Notes: a model not told the origin generated them from the letters alone. A stretch of 64,000 nucleotides of DNA from Candidatus Heimdallarchaeum endolithica (GCA_021513715.1 CP084167.1:2080001-2144000); one strand, 5' to 3'. Counted from the first letter of the stretch, positions 1-10,065 are shown. Translations and numbers: made by a program.

Positions 1-1
1 T

Positions 2-130
2 TCCTTCAATAATTATGAAGAACTAGAGAAAACTTTTGTTGAGGGAAAGCTTCATCCTTTGGATTTGAAGAAAGTTGTTGCTACTGAATTAACAAAAATC
101 TTTGAGCCTGTAAAAAAGGTATTTGAGTAA
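2..130 (+). CDS. tyrS: Tyrosyl-tRNA synthetase, C-terminal fragment (runs off window start)
   Basis: Frame 2 reads ...YEELEKTFVEGKLHPLDLKKVVATELTKIFEPV..*; LHPxDLK is the archaeal/eukaryotic TyrRS C-terminal motif. Confidence 0.8.
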   Translation, partial: SFNNYEELEKTFVEGKLHPLDLKKVVATELTKIFEPVKKVFE

Positions 131-147
131 TTCAAAGAATTTATCTT

Positions 148-813
148 CTAATTTTTCTTTCTTTTACTATTTATATACGAACGAATTTTAAGTAGATCTA
201 TTAACAACTTTATGCCTATCAAAAATGTGAAAATTGCCTCTAAAGTAGCATTTACAGCTATCAAGTATAGTTCTGTTTCATAATCTCTTACATTCGCAGC
301 TAATCCTACAACTATAGCTACTACTATCCTGTATGAGCCAAAAAGTGGATAAACTAAACTAAAATTTATTTTTACTTCATCATTTTTTTTAAGTTTTAAA
401 AAAACTCTATCTAAGTAAATGAAAGCTATCAATTTCCCGAAAACAATTGCTAACAGAGTAAAGGCACCTAACACTATTGTGCTTAATGTAAAAAGTGAGA
501 CCAGTTCAGCTACACTATAAACAATAAGCCAGTTTCTTGCTAGTTCGCCTTCTCGCCTGATGAAACCTACAAAAAAATTAGAAAATATCATCCCAAAGCC
601 TATTGCAAGGGGAAGAAAGCTAATAGACATAGTCGACCTTATCAGATATTGTCGAAACCACCCAACATAAGCCCATTTTGTAACTAAAAGGTCTATTATG
701 TTGAATAATGAAGAAAACAATAACAAGATTACACCAGAAAAGCTCCAAATGAATGTTTCTTTAAAATGGTATTCTATTTTTAACGGTAGCAATTTATCGT
801 GAGAAACGTCCAA
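148..813 (-). CDS. Multi-pass membrane protein, paralog of 4384..5079
   Basis: Several hydrophobic helices; aligns by eye over its full length with the 231-aa ORF (WF..Y, R.EG..R..L..Y, IGIK..D..I..YI). Confidence 0.75.
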   Translation of the reverse strand: MDVSHDKLLPLKIEYHFKETFIWSFSGVILLLFSSLFNIIDLLVTKWAYVGWFRQYLIRSTMSISFLPLAIGFGMIFSNFFVGFIRREGELARNWLIVYSVAELVSLFTLSTIVLGAFTLLAIVFGKLIAFIYLDRVFLKLKKNDEVKINFSLVYPLFGSYRIVVAIVVGLAANVRDYETELYLIAVNATLEAIFTFLIGIKLLIDLLKIRSYINSKRKKN

Positions 814-934
814 TTTAATTCACAAACCTTATGGTTAGTAGTTTTCAAACAAAAAATCAGTTCTTTAAACATTACGATAGTGAATAATCAAATAATCTAT
901 TGAATTCCAAATGTAAAATGTGAAAAAGTTCAAT

Positions 935-1849
935 TCAAATTTTATCTGGAAGAACATTCTTGATTATTTGTTCAGGAATAAATGGTTTTAAGTCATTATA
1001 TTTTTGTCCTACACCTATAAATAAAATTGGTTTTCTTGTAGCATGTACAACAGAGATTGTTGCGCCTCCTTTAACATCTGCATCCATCTTATTAATAATT
1101 GAAGCATCAATACCTATTTTACTATTAAATAATTCTGCTTGAGATACTAAAGAATTACCTGTTAAAGCATCACCTACAAAAATCTTCAAATCAGGTTCAA
1201 CAACTCTATCTAATTTCTGTAATTCGGCCATCAAATTCTTATTTGTTTCCATCCTTCCTGCTGTATCAATTAAAACTACATCAATTCCTTTAGCTGAAGC
1301 ATGTGATACCGCATCAAAAGCTACTGCTGCAGCATCAGAACCATATGTTTGAGAAATAATTTTTACCCCCACTTTTTTTGCATGTTGCTCTAATTGCTGT
1401 ATGCTTCCAGCTCTAAAGGTATCTGACGCAGCAAAAACAGAAGAAATGTCATTTTTTTTCAAATAATAGCCTAATTTAGCTATTGAAAGAGTTTTACCAA
1501 CGCCATTTATTCCAAAGAAGGCAATAACCAAAGGCTGTTTTTTCTTTCTATATTCTTCTACTAAACTCAATAAATTAATTGTCTCTTCTGGTTGTAAAAT
1601 TTCTAATAATGAAGAGCGCAAAGCTTCTAGAATAAGGCTTTTTGGAGAAGACATACGTTTATACTCAACATTTAGTAGCTTATCTGAAACACTTTCACAA
1701 ATTTTATCAGCTGTTACCACCGCTACTTCATTTTGTATTAGTATGTCCTTAAGGGGGTGAATTACCTTTTTTATAGTTTTTTGGTTAAGTTCGGCAATAG
1801 TGATCTTCTTCAAAAGAGAAGAGAGGCTTTTTTTCATATTTTTGAACAA
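935..1849 (-). CDS. ftsY: SRP receptor GTPase FtsY
   Basis: GINGVGKT, DTFRAG, DTAGR, KMDADVKGG motifs. Confidence 0.97.
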   Translation of the reverse strand: MFKNMKKSLSSLLKKITIAELNQKTIKKVIHPLKDILIQNEVAVVTADKICESVSDKLLNVEYKRMSSPKSLILEALRSSLLEILQPEETINLLSLVEEYRKKKQPLVIAFFGINGVGKTLSIAKLGYYLKKNDISSVFAASDTFRAGSIQQLEQHAKKVGVKIISQTYGSDAAAVAFDAVSHASAKGIDVVLIDTAGRMETNKNLMAELQKLDRVVEPDLKIFVGDALTGNSLVSQAELFNSKIGIDASIINKMDADVKGGATISVVHATRKPILFIGVGQKYNDLKPFIPEQIIKNVLPDKI

Positions 1850-1871
1850 AAAAATTCCCCCTTAAGAAAAA

Positions 1872-2309
1872 TTACCCTTGTTGTATCATTCTAACGAAAG
1901 AGTCTATCTCTTTTAGTCTTTCAATTACTTGATTATAACTTGCTTGAACTTGTGAGATTTGATTATTTACATCTGTTTTTCTTTTTTCTATATTTGCTAA
2001 TGCCTGGTCTATTAGTATCTCTGCATGTACTCCTGCACCTAAAGAGGAAATAACTTTCTCTGTTTTCTTTACTGATGCATGAATGAAATTACCTGCACCT
2101 ATTGGAACAAGGATATTTTTTTCATCAGAGATATTCTTGAGCTCTTTCATTGCTTTTTCAGCATTATTCATATCAGCTAAATAACTTTGAAAGACCTCTA
2201 GCTGTTTCTGATATTGACCAGCTTGTTGCTCTAGTTGTTGAGCAGAATAAAGTAACTTACTTAATTCTTCCTGGCCAATTTGGGGTTTATTACTTGCCAA
2301 TCTTATCAC
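1872..2309 (-). CDS. pfdA: Prefoldin alpha subunit
   Basis: Coiled-coil ends flanking LVPIGAG...LGAGV hairpins; conserved position between rplX and ftsY. Confidence 0.93.
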   Translation of the reverse strand: MIRLASNKPQIGQEELSKLLYSAQQLEQQAGQYQKQLEVFQSYLADMNNAEKAMKELKNISDEKNILVPIGAGNFIHASVKKTEKVISSLGAGVHAEILIDQALANIEKRKTDVNNQISQVQASYNQVIERLKEIDSFVRMIQQG

Positions 2310-2310
2310 A

Positions 2311-2586
2311 CTAAGCCTTTTTTGGGATTTTTAAGTTGTCATCAGTTGTGAATGTATGAACATACTGATCCGTTATTTCATTGGGATCAGTAACCTCACG
2401 AATACTATCTTCAGTAAGAACAATTTCAGTTCGCTTTACGTGATGTTTACTACCCATAATTGCATAAATATTTTCCAAAGCATCTTGTGGATTTAATGCG
2501 CGAACAAACTTGCTAAATTTTATCCTTTGTTTGCCCTTCTTATAATGTCCAGTAATTTTGTAAACTTTTACGCTCATTGAGTTCAC
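2311..2586 (-). CDS. rpl18a: 50S ribosomal protein L18Ae/LX (eL20)
   Basis: FSKFVRA...ALENIYAIMGSKHHVKRTEI motif and synteny. Confidence 0.92.
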   Translation of the reverse strand: MNSMSVKVYKITGHYKKGKQRIKFSKFVRALNPQDALENIYAIMGSKHHVKRTEIVLTEDSIREVTDPNEITDQYVHTFTTDDNLKIPKKA

Positions 2587-2747
2587 CTTTTTATCTCATA
2601 GGAGCGTTGATTAGTACCTTTTTCAAGTTTTTGAATTTAGTGTTTCTTTAAAAAATGACAAAAATAAAAGAAAAAGAGTTTTACTCACAAATATTTGGGG
2701 TATCGTCCAATCGAAATCTGTAAAAAGAATAAGAAAAAAATAACTTA

Positions 2748-3473
2748 ATGAGTGAGTGTTTTGTTATAGAATACGATACTATTGATTATTTAAGTGCGTT
2801 AAATATTCAGAATAGAATAAGAAACATAAAAGAGGAAGATAGAGAACACGACAATTTTTTGTTACTGTTACAGCATGAACCACCAGTTTTTACACTAGGT
2901 AAACAAGGAAAGAGAAGTGAAATCCTTGTTAGTGATGAGGTGTTGGAAAAAGAAGGAATTGAAGTTGTTGAAATCAGAAGAGGTGGAAAAGTAACATATC
3001 ATGGCCCAGGACAATTAGTTGCTTACTTTTTACTAGATCTAATACAATTGAAAATCACCATTCCAGATTTCGTTCACAAAATGGAAGAAGTAGTAATTCA
3101 AACAATAATGGAATACAACATAGAAGGATTCAGAAGAGAAGAATATCCTGGAGTGTGGATAAAACATAATGGTCAAATATCCAAAATAGCTGCTGTCGGA
3201 GCGAGAGCATCAAAGCATATAACATCACACGGATTAGCACTGAATATAAATACAAATATGAGTCATTTTCAAATGATAATTCCATGTGGAATAACAGATT
3301 TTAAACCCATTTCACTCAAGGAAGTTCTAAATAGAAGCGTTGATATGCGTGAAGTGTATGAGAAATTTAAAAACAATTTTGCTAAAGTATTTAACATAGA
3401 AATTAAGGATCTTTCACCAAGAGATTTATTGACAAAAATAGAAAAAAAAGAAAGAGAAACAGAAAAACAATAA
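2748..3473 (+). CDS. lipB: Lipoyl(octanoyl) transferase LipB
   Basis: HEPPVFTLG, RGGKVTYHGPGQLV, HGLALN, IIPCG motifs. Confidence 0.95.
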   Translation: MSECFVIEYDTIDYLSALNIQNRIRNIKEEDREHDNFLLLLQHEPPVFTLGKQGKRSEILVSDEVLEKEGIEVVEIRRGGKVTYHGPGQLVAYFLLDLIQLKITIPDFVHKMEEVVIQTIMEYNIEGFRREEYPGVWIKHNGQISKIAAVGARASKHITSHGLALNINTNMSHFQMIIPCGITDFKPISLKEVLNRSVDMREVYEKFKNNFAKVFNIEIKDLSPRDLLTKIEKKERETEKQ

Positions 3474-3497
3474 AACAATAAAGAAAAGTGAGTAATA

Positions 3498-4367
3498 ATG
3501 CCAAATGTAAGAAAGCCAGAATGGTTAAGAATTGGGAAGGTGCAGAGGGAAGAGATAAGACAAGTTCAAAAACTTATGAGAGAACTGCATCTACATACAG
3601 TATGCGAAGAATCAATGTGCCCAAATATAGGAAAATGCTTTGTAAATAAAACTGCAACATTTCTAGTGATGGGAAATGTCTGTACAAGAAATTGTAAATT
3701 CTGTGATATTGCAACAGGAAGACCACAACCACTAGACCCCATGGAACCAAAACATATTGTTGAGGCAGCTAAAAAACTAAATTTAGAGCATGTAGTAGTC
3801 ACATCAGTAACAAGAGATGATTTAACAGATGGAGGAGCTGCACATTTCGCAGAAATAACAAGAAAATTAAGAGAATATAAAGAAGATTTGATAATAGAAC
3901 TACTTATACCTGACATGAAAGGAAAAGTGGAAAGTATTAAAACAATAATAGAAGCAAAACCAAACATAATTAATCACAATGTAGAGGTAGTACCGAGATT
4001 ATATAAAAAAGTCACACCACAAGCAAATTATGAAATATCATTAAAAGTACTGAAAATGGTTAAAGAATATAGTAAGAAAATATTAACTAAATCAGGAATA
4101 ATGGTTGGACTAGGAGAAACAAAAGAAGAAGTAATACAAGTATTAAAGGATTTAAGAAAAGTAGATTGTGACATATTAACTATAGGACAATATCTGAAAC
4201 CACCAAGCTCAAACTTAGAAATAGAAGAATACGTCCACCCAGATACTTTTAAGGAATATGAAAAAATAGGTTATGAGCTGGGATTTAAGTTCGTAGCTTC
4301 AGCTCCGTTTGTGAGAAGCTCATTTAACGCAAAAGAAGCAGACTTTCTCTTAGCAACAGAAGTATAA
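3498..4367 (+). CDS. lipA: Lipoyl synthase LipA (radical SAM)
   Basis: CEESMCPNIGKC, CTRNCKFC, VRSSF motifs. Confidence 0.97.
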   Translation: MPNVRKPEWLRIGKVQREEIRQVQKLMRELHLHTVCEESMCPNIGKCFVNKTATFLVMGNVCTRNCKFCDIATGRPQPLDPMEPKHIVEAAKKLNLEHVVVTSVTRDDLTDGGAAHFAEITRKLREYKEDLIIELLIPDMKGKVESIKTIIEAKPNIINHNVEVVPRLYKKVTPQANYEISLKVLKMVKEYSKKILTKSGIMVGLGETKEEVIQVLKDLRKVDCDILTIGQYLKPPSSNLEIEEYVHPDTFKEYEKIGYELGFKFVASAPFVRSSFNAKEADFLLATEV

Positions 4368-4383
4368 AAAAAAGGGTTCAATA

Positions 4384-5079
4384 ATGGTCTCAAACGAAGA
4401 AAAGCAGAAGAAAATATTTAACACAGAAATAAACAAATTTTATTTTTTAGCATTAACGGGAAGCATTTTGTTTACAATAGCAGCAGCAATAAATCTGTCG
4501 AACAGGACAATACAATACTTAAGAGCAGTAAATTGGTTCTTTGATTATATTTTTGCAGCAGTAATAGCTTTAAGCTTAATACCAATAGCATTAAGCTTCG
4601 GAGGAATAGCAGACCTATACTTTAAAGATCACGTCAGAAAGGAAGGAATGCAAGGAAGAACATATTTGTTGATTTATGCAATAGGAGAAATATTAAAACC
4701 ATTCACTATAGGAAGCGTGGTCTTCGGAAGCTTGGCGATTCTAATAAGTCTAGCGTCAAGAGCAATGGGATTCAGAAAAATAGATCTAATGCTAACAAGA
4801 ATAAAAAAAATAACAGATATTAAAGTGGGAAGTATATTATACCAAATATTCGGATTCTATTCAATAATTGTTTCAGTAATAGCTTCAATAGCTAATGCAG
4901 CAGGAGATGAAGAATTACTAATTTATCTACTGGTATTCAATGGAACAATAGAAACAATATTGATGATAATGATAGGAATAAAAATAATAGTAGATGTGAC
5001 GATAATAAAAAGATACATCAAAAGAAAAAAAATAAAACCAAGATATATGAGAATCTACGGAACAATAAGAGAAAAATAA
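4384..5079 (+). CDS. Multi-pass membrane protein, paralog of 148..813
   Basis: Hydrophobic helices; full-length similarity to the 148..813 product. Confidence 0.75.
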   Translation: MVSNEEKQKKIFNTEINKFYFLALTGSILFTIAAAINLSNRTIQYLRAVNWFFDYIFAAVIALSLIPIALSFGGIADLYFKDHVRKEGMQGRTYLLIYAIGEILKPFTIGSVVFGSLAILISLASRAMGFRKIDLMLTRIKKITDIKVGSILYQIFGFYSIIVSVIASIANAAGDEELLIYLLVFNGTIETILMIMIGIKIIVDVTIIKRYIKRKKIKPRYMRIYGTIREK

Positions 5080-5180
5080 AGTCTATCACTATCAAAAAAG
5101 GTGTAACTATCACTATCACTATCACTATCAAAAGATAAACAAGGCGAAACAAAACGAAAAAGAAAACAAAAGAAAAGAAG
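5071..5180. repeat. Dispersed ~110-bp element with (CTATCA)n hexamers; inverted copy at 11690..11813
   Basis: 5071..5093 GAAAAATAAAGTCTATCACTATC is the exact reverse complement of 11791..11813; hexamer run and A-rich tail also shared. Confidence 0.75.
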
Positions 5181-5211
5181 AAATGGTGCGGGGAGAGAGA
5201 TTCGAACTCTC
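5173..5211 (-). repeat. att-like duplication of the tRNA-Leu 3' end (39-bp direct repeat of 6526..6564)
   Basis: AAAAGAAGAAATGGTGCGGGGAGAGAGATTCGAACTCTC identical at both positions. Confidence 0.9.
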
Positions 5212-5609
5212 CAAGCCTAAGAAAATAAATCAGTATAAACAGAATAACATTTTTTAACAAAATCATCAATAATTGTTCCTTCAACAGGAAATAGGTAGTG
5301 TTTAAATGACCACCTAATCCTTGAATTATTTTCATAAATAGCTTTTATCAATATTTTTTTGGGTATTTTGCTCCCTTTAAAAAAAGAGAAATAAAATTTT
5401 GATTATTATATTTTCACGCCACACCCCACCAATATTTTGTCGGAAGAAACTATGTACCACCAAAATTGGATTAAGGTAAGATTAGAATTTTAAACAAAGG
5501 TTAGAAAATTTAACAATTATAAAATAAACACGTATAATTTTATCTTATTGAAGTCAGTCAACTTTTTTTGGAAGTGTTAATAAAATAAAAAAGAATAAAG
5601 AGAAACAGT

Positions 5610-5770
5610 GTTAAACTTGGGCTAAGACAAGATTAAAATTATAAAGTGCTAAAAGTTCTACAAGATTAAAAGAAGTTAAAATTGGACTAAGATAGGATTG
5701 AAATGACTTAATTAAAGAAATAAGCTGGTGTTGAATAATAGTTAAAATTGGACTAAGATAGGATTGAAAT
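5610..5770 (+). CRISPR. Mini CRISPR array: degenerate repeat 5610..5639, repeats 5675..5704 and 5741..5770, spacers of 35 and 36 nt
   Basis: GTTAAAATTGGACTAAGATAGGATTGAAAT differs by one base from the main type I-B repeat; a further decayed copy lies at ~5459..5488. Confidence 0.85.
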
Positions 5771-5879
5771 AGAAGTTTGAAAAGTCTCAGCAAATTGACG
5801 AGGATCAACCTTAGAACGAGAAGAACCAAAAGCGAAAACAGCCTTATCAAAACCACAAATATACAGAAAGGACTTAAAA

Positions 5880-6530
5880 TAAGAACTAACCTCTTCAGAA
5901 CGAAGAAAAGGAAAAAAAGGAGGAAAAGGAGGGAGAAAAGAAGACGGAAGAAGAGATGAAGAATTAAAACGATGACGCATAAGGAGACGATAGGAAGGTA
6001 AAAAAGAATCAAAATAGGAAAAGAAAAAATCATAAAATTCCTCAAAAGAGAAAAAAGAACTGAAAAAGGAAGAAGATAAAAAATTAAAATCTAAATCAGA
6101 TAAAAAAAAGAATGCAAAATCAGATAAAAAATTAGGAAGAGAAAAATGCAAAAAAGAAAAATGAGCATAAAATAAAGAAAAATTGCAAAGAGAAAATTTA
6201 CGGGAAGAAAAAGAATCAAGGAAAAAGGAAAGAAAAGATTTCCAATTAAAATGAGAATCAAAAAAATGAAAAGAGGAAGAAGAAAGAGAGAAAGGATCAT
6301 TAAAGGAAATAAGTAAAAAAATGTCCCTTACAAAAAAAGAAAGAGAAGAGGGAGAAGAGGAAGAAAGAAGAGAAAGAAAAGAAAAAAAATCAGGGGAAGA
6401 ATCAATAAAAGTCTGAAGTAAAAAAACAAATTGAGGATCGTGAAGAAAAGAAAAAGAATCGATAACAGAAAAAGTAGGAGAAAAAGCAACCATAAAGAAA
6501 AAAGGAAAAGGAAATATATAAAGATAAAAG
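5880..6530. repeat. ~650-bp low-complexity polypurine (A/G) tract
   Basis: Strongly A/G-rich on +; generates spurious F/S/L-rich ORFs on -. Confidence 0.8.
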
Positions 6531-6536
6531 AAGAAA

Positions 6537-6621
6537 TGGTGCGGGGAGAGAGATTCGAACTCTCGAACCACTAAGGACTGGATCCTAAGTCCAGCGCCTT
6601 TGACCGCTCGGCAATCCCCGC
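6537..6621 (-). tRNA. tRNA-Leu(TAG), CCA encoded
   Basis: GCGGGGA...CTGGA-CTTAGGA-TCCAG, long variable arm, TTCGAAT, TCCCCGCACCA. Confidence 0.96.
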
Positions 6622-6864
6622 GAAAGTTGAAGCAAATGAACAAAGTAGGAAACGAGAAGCTTTTCTATATGGATTAAGAAACGAGTTAACATCTATTTTT
6701 TAAATTTATCTCTGTAAGATAATAAAAGAATATAAAGAAAATAATTATTAAGAAGAGGACACGACAAACAAAAATATTAAAAATCAATTTAATTCTATCA
6801 GTTCAAAAAGACAAAAAGACAAAAAGACAAAAAAAAGTAAAAATGGAGAAAAATGCAACTAGAA

Positions 6865-6972
6865 GCCCCGATGGTGTAGCTCGGCCAATCATAATGGACT
6901 TTCACATGCTAAAGTCCGCGGATGTGGCAGGAATATCCATTGACCCGGGTTCAAATCCCGGTCGGGGCACCA
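6865..6972 (+). tRNA. tRNA-Glu(TTC) with ~30-nt intron at 37/38 (6905..6934)
   Basis: GCCCCGA/TCGGGGC acceptor stem, ATGGA-CTTTCA[intron]A-TCCAT, TTCAAAT, CCA. Confidence 0.93.
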
Positions 6973-7184
6973 AGTTCCTATTTTAATTAGTTTATAGAAA
7001 ATTAAGGTTACGAGGTTAATTGGTAACAAAACAAAATAGTAACCTTCTCCTGTAATTCTGCTTCTAAACAAAAAATCAAGTTAAGAATTAACAGTTAACC
7101 TAGAAGATTTTTAGACCAAAATTTTGAATTAAAAAATCTTGTTTGAGAATGTAATAATAGAAGAGAAGAAATTAGAAGATGAAA

Positions 7185-7203
7185 ACTTGAGCTCTTGATC
7201 ACC
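7185..7203 (-). repeat. Degenerate tRNA-Pro 3' fragment marking the start of a ~1.6-kb duplicated unit
   Basis: ACTTGAGCTCTTGATCACC vs ACTTGAACTCCTGATCACC; the following ~180 bp are nearly identical to 10105..10287. Confidence 0.7.
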
Positions 7204-7386
7204 AGAACATTTATCCAGAAATAGATTATAAGAGATGAGTCTTGATTTAAAATCACTGTAACTATCTTTTTACAAGTTTGAAAACAGTTAAAACTAAAGA
7301 AAATTACTCTTTATTTAAAATCATCAAAACTAGTGTTTAACCCCTTTTTCGCAAAAATTTATTAATAAAAAAAATGTCTATTTTTT

Positions 7387-8766
7387 ATGCTTTTTACTTT
7401 TAAAAAAAGAAAAAATAATTCATTCATGCTTTTACTGTTCGTCTTTTCTTCTCTCATGCTCTTTTCTCCTGATTTTAATCTAGTCACTTCTTCTGCTTCA
7501 AGTTCAGGTACCTTTCCTCCTCCTGATGGTATTTGGAACATTACCGAACCTACAGTTGTTGAAAACGAGTTTATTAAACTTACCAACAGAGTTGATATCA
7601 AGGACGAAGGCTCTCTTATTCTTCGTAACTGTTTTATTGTTATTGAACATGATCGAGTAGGTTCTCTCGGTATTTATGCTATAGACAATTCTTCTTTAGC
7701 GATCTATGATACTACTATCCTAACTTACACTGACAGTCCTTGGTATATTGGTGTAGATAATAATGCCCATCTTCATCTTGAGGGTTCCACTCTTATTGGA
7801 GGGTCGGATAGAACTTATTCACGCGAATTGATACGATTATACAGTTCTGATAATATCGTTATTAACAATTTTATCACTCATACTCGGGGAGCAATAGATA
7901 TCCAATACGGTTCTCACAACTTGGTTAGTGGTAACAACATTTCTCATAATAGTGCAAGCAGTATTGATATGACTGAAAGTTGTTTTAACGTTATTACTAA
8001 TAACTACATATCGTATATTAGTTCATTGGCAATTCGTAGTTCAGGACATAATAACATCATAACAAATAATACTATTACTTATACCAGGTATGAAGGAATA
8101 AGCGTAAGTGGGGATAATAACACCGTTACTGATAACGTTATTTCCGAGAGCAGAAGAAATGGCTTGGGTGTAGGTGGATCTAACAATCACCTTTCTTCTA
8201 ATATGTTGTTCAATAATAGCAACTATGGTCTATATATTTACAAATCTGCTTCTAACAACTTTATCTCTCGTAATGTTTTTTTCAAGAACAATCAAGGTAA
8301 CAACCTTTCTCAAGCTTTTGATGATGGGGTAAATAACACTTGGTTTGACCCCGTCTATTCTATTGGCAATTATTGGTCAGATACCGATGGTTCTGAACCT
8401 TACCCTATCGATGGTGCGGCTAAAGCTTTTGACCCTTTTCCTCGTGGAAGCGATTTCGACGAAGATAACCTTCTGGATTATCTTGAAGATCATGTTTATG
8501 GTACTGACCCCTGGAATCCTGATTCGGATGGAGACCTTTTACCTGACGGTTGGGAAGTTCATTATGGTTCTGACCCTTTAACTCCTGATGCTTATCTTGA
8601 TTTTGACGGCGATGGTTTGACCAACCTTGAAGAATTTTATAACCATACCAATCCTTTAGTTAAAAATCAGATGATGCTCTTAGCGATAGTTCTCTCTCCC
8701 CTATCTTTTGTTTCACTTTTCTCGCTTAAAAATCTCCTCCGTTTTTTAAAAAATAGGAGAAAATAG
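7387..8766 (+). CDS. Cell-surface NosD/CASH parallel beta-helix protein with Ca-binding DxDGD repeats and C-terminal membrane anchor (copy 1)
   Basis: Signal peptide, N-rich beta-helix repeats, GNYWSD, DSDGDLLPDGWE, DGDGLTNLEE. Confidence 0.85.
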   Translation: MLFTFKKRKNNSFMLLLFVFSSLMLFSPDFNLVTSSASSSGTFPPPDGIWNITEPTVVENEFIKLTNRVDIKDEGSLILRNCFIVIEHDRVGSLGIYAIDNSSLAIYDTTILTYTDSPWYIGVDNNAHLHLEGSTLIGGSDRTYSRELIRLYSSDNIVINNFITHTRGAIDIQYGSHNLVSGNNISHNSASSIDMTESCFNVITNNYISYISSLAIRSSGHNNIITNNTITYTRYEGISVSGDNNTVTDNVISESRRNGLGVGGSNNHLSSNMLFNNSNYGLYIYKSASNNFISRNVFFKNNQGNNLSQAFDDGVNNTWFDPVYSIGNYWSDTDGSEPYPIDGAAKAFDPFPRGSDFDEDNLLDYLEDHVYGTDPWNPDSDGDLLPDGWEVHYGSDPLTPDAYLDFDGDGLTNLEEFYNHTNPLVKNQMMLLAIVLSPLSFVSLFSLKNLLRFLKNRRK

Positions 8767-9225
8767 TCTCTTTCTCTTATCTTCATCTTGTCTTTTTCTA
8801 TAGATTTTTATCTTATTTTTCTTCTTTGTTTCTTTCCTTTATTATGAGTTGAAATTTTCGTAATTTCTTCATGACTCTACCCAACCAGGCAACAAATCAG
8901 TGTTATCTGATTGTGAGGACTGGGTTAAGAGAATATAGATGGTTTTTCTACTCAATATTTACTATCCTGCTGTTTAGGTTACTTCCTCTTCATTCTGTAC
9001 TTTTTAGCTACTCTCTTTCTAAGTTTCCTAGGGTGTGGTTGTTTTTTATGTTTATTACTTATTTTTAGTAACTAGTCTTTTAGAGTATTATTAAGATAGT
9101 TCTAATTAGTCATAACACTTCTTAATAGATAAAATTTATAAATATTTATTGAGATTTTCGTTTTAATGTACAGTAAAAAAAAGGAAAAGGATTTTCATAA
9201 GCAATTAACACAAAAGAGGAGAAGT

Positions 9226-9921
9226 ATGAGCCTATATTCTACAGCAGTAAAACTTGCTGAATATGGGGAAGCTGAGGCTAGTATAAAGACTCCACCAAAA
9301 AGAAAAACCTCTAAGTATGTGAGTAAAAAAAACTGGTCGAGATGGAAGTCTTTTGTTTAGATTATTTGTACTGTTTTAGGATCCTCGATTCTTTATGTAA
9401 TTGCTCTTAAAAAGTATCCTACAAACAGCCTTGTTTACCTATTTATGTTCACTATTTTGGGTATTTTTACTGTGAACCTTGGAGTTGGGCTGTTGTTTAA
9501 GTATCTTTCAAGTGGTGCATATAGCATAAGTAGACTTTTTTTTGAATTTTTTTATATAATAGCAATAATCGTAGCTACTATTTCAGCATTATATTTACCA
9601 ACTGTTATTGTTCTTCTAGTAGTAGGAAAAAGTGTAGATTGGCTTAAATATCTCTTTATTATAGCCTTAATTGTTTTTCCTATTGCCTACGTAATTGGTT
9701 TATTATTTAATCATATAAAGGAGACAGGTTTGTCAGTTAGAGAATATTTCTCTTATCTTTTTAATCGTGAGAGAAAAAATGAAGAAAAAAGAAAAGCTAC
9801 AAAACAAATTAACAGGTATAATGATTTTTATAGCGGCCTTAATAGAATTCAAGAAAATTATAAGAGTAGAACTAGTAAAAAGTTAAGAGCAGAGGATTTA
9901 CTCTCCAGTTCGTCAGAATAA
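9226..9921 (+). pseudogene. Membrane protein gene interrupted by one in-frame TAG (9358..9360)
   Basis: ORFs 9166..9360 and 9445..9921 share a frame and the gap is open and hydrophobic; GAGGAG precedes ATG 9226. Confidence 0.7.
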
Positions 9922-10065
9922 CAAAGCGTTTTTTTGTTGTTAGTTACGAGAATACAGTGAATATGAGCTAACAATTATTGGTCATAATAATTAGATTATT
10001 TATTCAAATAGTAAAATATGCATATCTTCCCAGAAGAAAGAACTGAAAAAGCCTCAAAACAAAGG

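Larger units (their letters stand above)
5173..6564. mobile_element. Remnant integrated element at tRNA-Leu carrying a mini CRISPR array and a polypurine tract; no integrase
   Basis: Bounded by 39-bp direct repeats of the tRNA 3' end; no credible ORF inside. Confidence 0.6.

Noticed and set aside
5705-5740. Partial match of this mini-array spacer to the tRNA-Gly(TCC) 3' flank (AAGCTGGTG, ~22366..22382)
   Set aside because: Only 9 contiguous nt plus an A-run; expected by chance in AT-rich DNA
5018-6643. F/L/S-rich minus-strand ORFs (5018..5335, 5611..6045, 5753..6643, 6091..6300)
   Set aside because: Artefacts of the polypurine tract; they overlap the tRNA, att site and CRISPR repeats
6804-6834. 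(CAAAAAGA)3-4 short tandem upstream of tRNA-Glu
   Set aside because: Too short and low-complexity to assign a function
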